A stretch of 64,000 bases of DNA from Ostrea edulis (Eukaryota), in contig NC_079167.1 of the NCBI RefSeq assembly GCF_947568905.1, forward strand, positions 10,416,001-10,480,000, given 5' to 3'. A model generated the notes under the pieces. The model worked only from the letters and a program-made list of their open reading frames with translations, was not told the origin of the DNA and searched no databases. This document shows positions 61,683 through 64,000 of the stretch, one piece after another. Made by a program: the position numbers and the translations under genes. Each line of letters starts with the position of its first letter. The stretch's first letter is position 1.

Positions 61683-62207
61683 GAAAATCGTTGTGGTAGT
61701 AATACTCCGCCTTGAAGTGCACCTTGTCTCCCAGGTTTACTGCGGCAGCTGGCTGATTCTGGCTATTGAACAGTTCAAATCTTAACAAATTCTTTTCTAC
61801 AGGCAAAAACGCAGGCCTGAAAAAGCATTGTAAACCTGTAGTATTACGGGCAACTTTTATTTGTTTTACAATAAGGAAATAATTATATTTGATTATAAGA
61901 TCAAAACCTTTGGAAAGTTATCTACTCCAAAACACGAGAAATATTACAGGAGACTCAATACTCAAAACGATCAGAGAAGTTCACGTGAGTATTTGGCTCA
62001 GGTGAGTTCACGATGGAGAGATGAGTACATATAGTTTATAGCGTACTGTGAATTCTAGTATTTGCTCCAAACTTACTGGGGCAGAATGACTACGGTTTGA
62101 CTTCCAGCCGATCTGTCACATACTGCATCAAAGAATGCGTCACTTGAAGATTTCACTCCATAATATTCGAATGATCGTACTCGAAGTCTATATTCGTTAA
62201 TGTTGAT
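61683..62207 (-). CDS. Two upstream exons (62207-62077, 61816-61683) encoding a ZP-N end and ZP-C start-like segment; true 5' end not identified
   Basis: GT-AG with GTAAGT donors, phases 0-2-1, in frame with the IgGFc exon. Sequence ..DAFFDAVC..LRFELFNSQNQPAAAVNLGDKVHFKAE. Confidence 0.65.
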
Positions 62208-62422
62208 CTAGAAACGAAAATTCTATTTTTAAAAAAACAACTAAACCAACATATTATGATATACTTCCGCTACACTCTGCATGATGTATGATTGGTTGAT
62301 TCTAATTTTAGTCCTATCAAATATTAAGTTTGAATTCACATTTCATCTATTCTATAACGATCAACAAACAAGTTCTACGAATATTTTAAAATGCTTCGTA
62401 AATTTGGGGGAAGGGGTCGTTG

Positions 62423-62424
<2 letters not shown>

Positions 62425-62458
<34 letters not shown>
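62425..62458. repeat. (AT)n microsatellite
   Basis: Uninterrupted AT run. Confidence 0.95.
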
Positions 62459-62466
<8 letters not shown>

Positions 62467-63060
62467 TAGAGAGGGCATGTTAAGCAGTCAACTTTGAGCG
62501 TCTAAATAGGGCAGACAAAGTACACCACTTTAAAGCAAATATGGGTGTACTTTTGAGATTCAATTCCTCGACCCATTAGAAAAGGTATCTGCACATGTTT
62601 TAATGAAGTTAATGCGTCGTTTAAAGTTGTTTACAGAATACGATCAAATATCTTCTGAATTGATAGTATTTATGTTAATAATTCCACATCACAGTGCGGA
62701 TTTACATTGATGAGTCTGTATGACCATTATAATCACATTAAATGCACATTTCGTTTAGATGTTAGATGGAATAACGATTTGAAAAGCCTAGAGAAAAGAA
62801 TTACTTGCATAAACATACGCCCTCCTGTCATAATCTCATTCCATTTATAACATGTATTCTAAAAATACCACTAGTACCTTTTTTAAAGATATGCATCAAT
62901 TCTGCAAGTATGAGCGGGATATGGAAGCAATGTACATGTATACAAGGGGCGTTCGACATGTAAACTTGAATGAAACAAAACGGTAATTACCTGTACACAA
63001 TACTCAACAAAACGCATTAAATCTACTGTTACATAAGACCTGGTCCAGCATATGCTCAAC

Positions 63061-63993
63061 TAATCTCGGCTGAGATCTCGGAGCAGTCCCACATTCAGCT
63101 TCGGTCGGTTCTAGCAATTAATAGGCACTTGGGTGATACTGCCGATCGCTTCAAATAAGTGATTTGAGTGTTATACTAACTCGAGTCTATCATTATTGAT
63201 GCTGCATTGTTCATCGTCTAGGTGTGAAAATTCCTAAATAAAACTCCCATGGGGATCCAGGCTAGAATAAGTGTCCTTTGCTTGTCGTAAGAAGCGACTA
63301 ATTGAGACAGTCCTTCGAATGAGACCGACAAAACCGAGGCGAAGTGTCACAGTAAGTGTGGCACGATAAAGATCCCTCTCTTCTCTAAGGCAGTAAGCAC
63401 CGAGCATAGGCCTAAATTTTTCAGTCCTTCACCGGCAATGGTGACGTACATGTATTTATATGAGTGAACAATTGACAATATACAACCAACCAACTAACCA
63501 ACCAAAAATGAAAACAGTCACTTAATTTTCCGATCAAATGAGGACTCCCATGAAGGAATAGTTTATCTCCTAATATTGAAGAGTTCTTATAGTCTCTTTG
63601 CTTTATTAGTGAGGTATGGGAAGGTATGAGCAGTTACTACATATCATTAATAAAAACAGACTATAGGAACTTTTCAATATCAGGAGTTAGAAAATTACTT
63701 CACGGGAATCCTCATTTGAACGAGAAATTTAATGACAGTGATCACTGTTTTTTACCTTGGGATTTTCATACCTAGATGGTAAGCAATGCTGAATTAATAG
63801 TGATAGTGTTAGTTTAACAGTCAAATCACTTATTTCAAGCGAACAGCAGCGTCATATAAGCGCACATTAATTGCTAGAACCGACAGAAGCTGAATTAATG
63901 TAAATTTCCAGATAGGATTATAAAGGACTGCTCAGAGATTCGGTGAAGGCATCTGTCCAAATATCCAGCCAAGCCAAATTTCAGCCGACATTA
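63061..63993. mobile_element. MITE with inverted ends, carrying a nested SINE
   Basis: taatctcggctgaga at 63061 versus tttcagccgacatta ending at 63993. The subterminal agcttcggtcggttctagcaattaat is inverted relative to attaattgctagaaccgacagaagct. Confidence 0.6.
63244..63506 (+). mobile_element. SINE (bivalve MetaSINE-like)
   Basis: ctcccatggggatccaggctagaata..cttgcttgtcgtaagaagcgacta..gtgtcacagtaagtgtggcacgataaagatccc..gcaatggtgacgt with an (aacc)n tail. Confidence 0.7.
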
Positions 63994-64000
63994 ATGCTTG

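Noticed and set aside
62545-62725. Possible further 5' exon of the ZP gene
   Set aside because: Every frame contains stops and it would need an assumed frameshift, so it cannot be supported.

Overview
AT-rich, intron-containing eukaryotic DNA. The repeat families and gene types suggest a bivalve mollusc, probably an oyster; this is inferred from recalled repeat families and not proven. Host genes reconstructed by hand from GT-AG sites and exon phases: (1) three tandem 3-exon paralogs of a small four-TM claudin/PMP22-like protein (5.6-28.2 kb, +); (2) a 4-exon secreted, probably GPI-anchored Reeler-domain protein (29.9-33.2 kb, -); (3) a single-exon B-box plus beta-propeller protein (54.5-55.7 kb, +); (4) a multi-exon ZP / IgGFc-binding / ZP / TM protein (57.4-62.2 kb, -), whose middle and 5' end are unresolved. 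Most of the rest is mobile or repeated DNA: a decayed DIRS element carrying four nested insertions, an RTE LINE, a 5.4-kb foldback/MULE-like element with about 0.9-kb TIRs and Gypsy gag-protease cargo, many Penelope-like (Naiad-type) fragments, a full-length but broken Gypsy LTR element inside a LINE ORF1, SINEs, MITEs, and a 9.6-kb 13-bp satellite. The multi-thousand-aa ORFs at 33.6-43.3 kb are artefacts of that satellite. The most unusual observation is a minisatellite of about 35 copies of a 43-bp unit built from the Reeler gene's own exon-3/splice-donor junction, which creates an array of GTAAGT donor sites.
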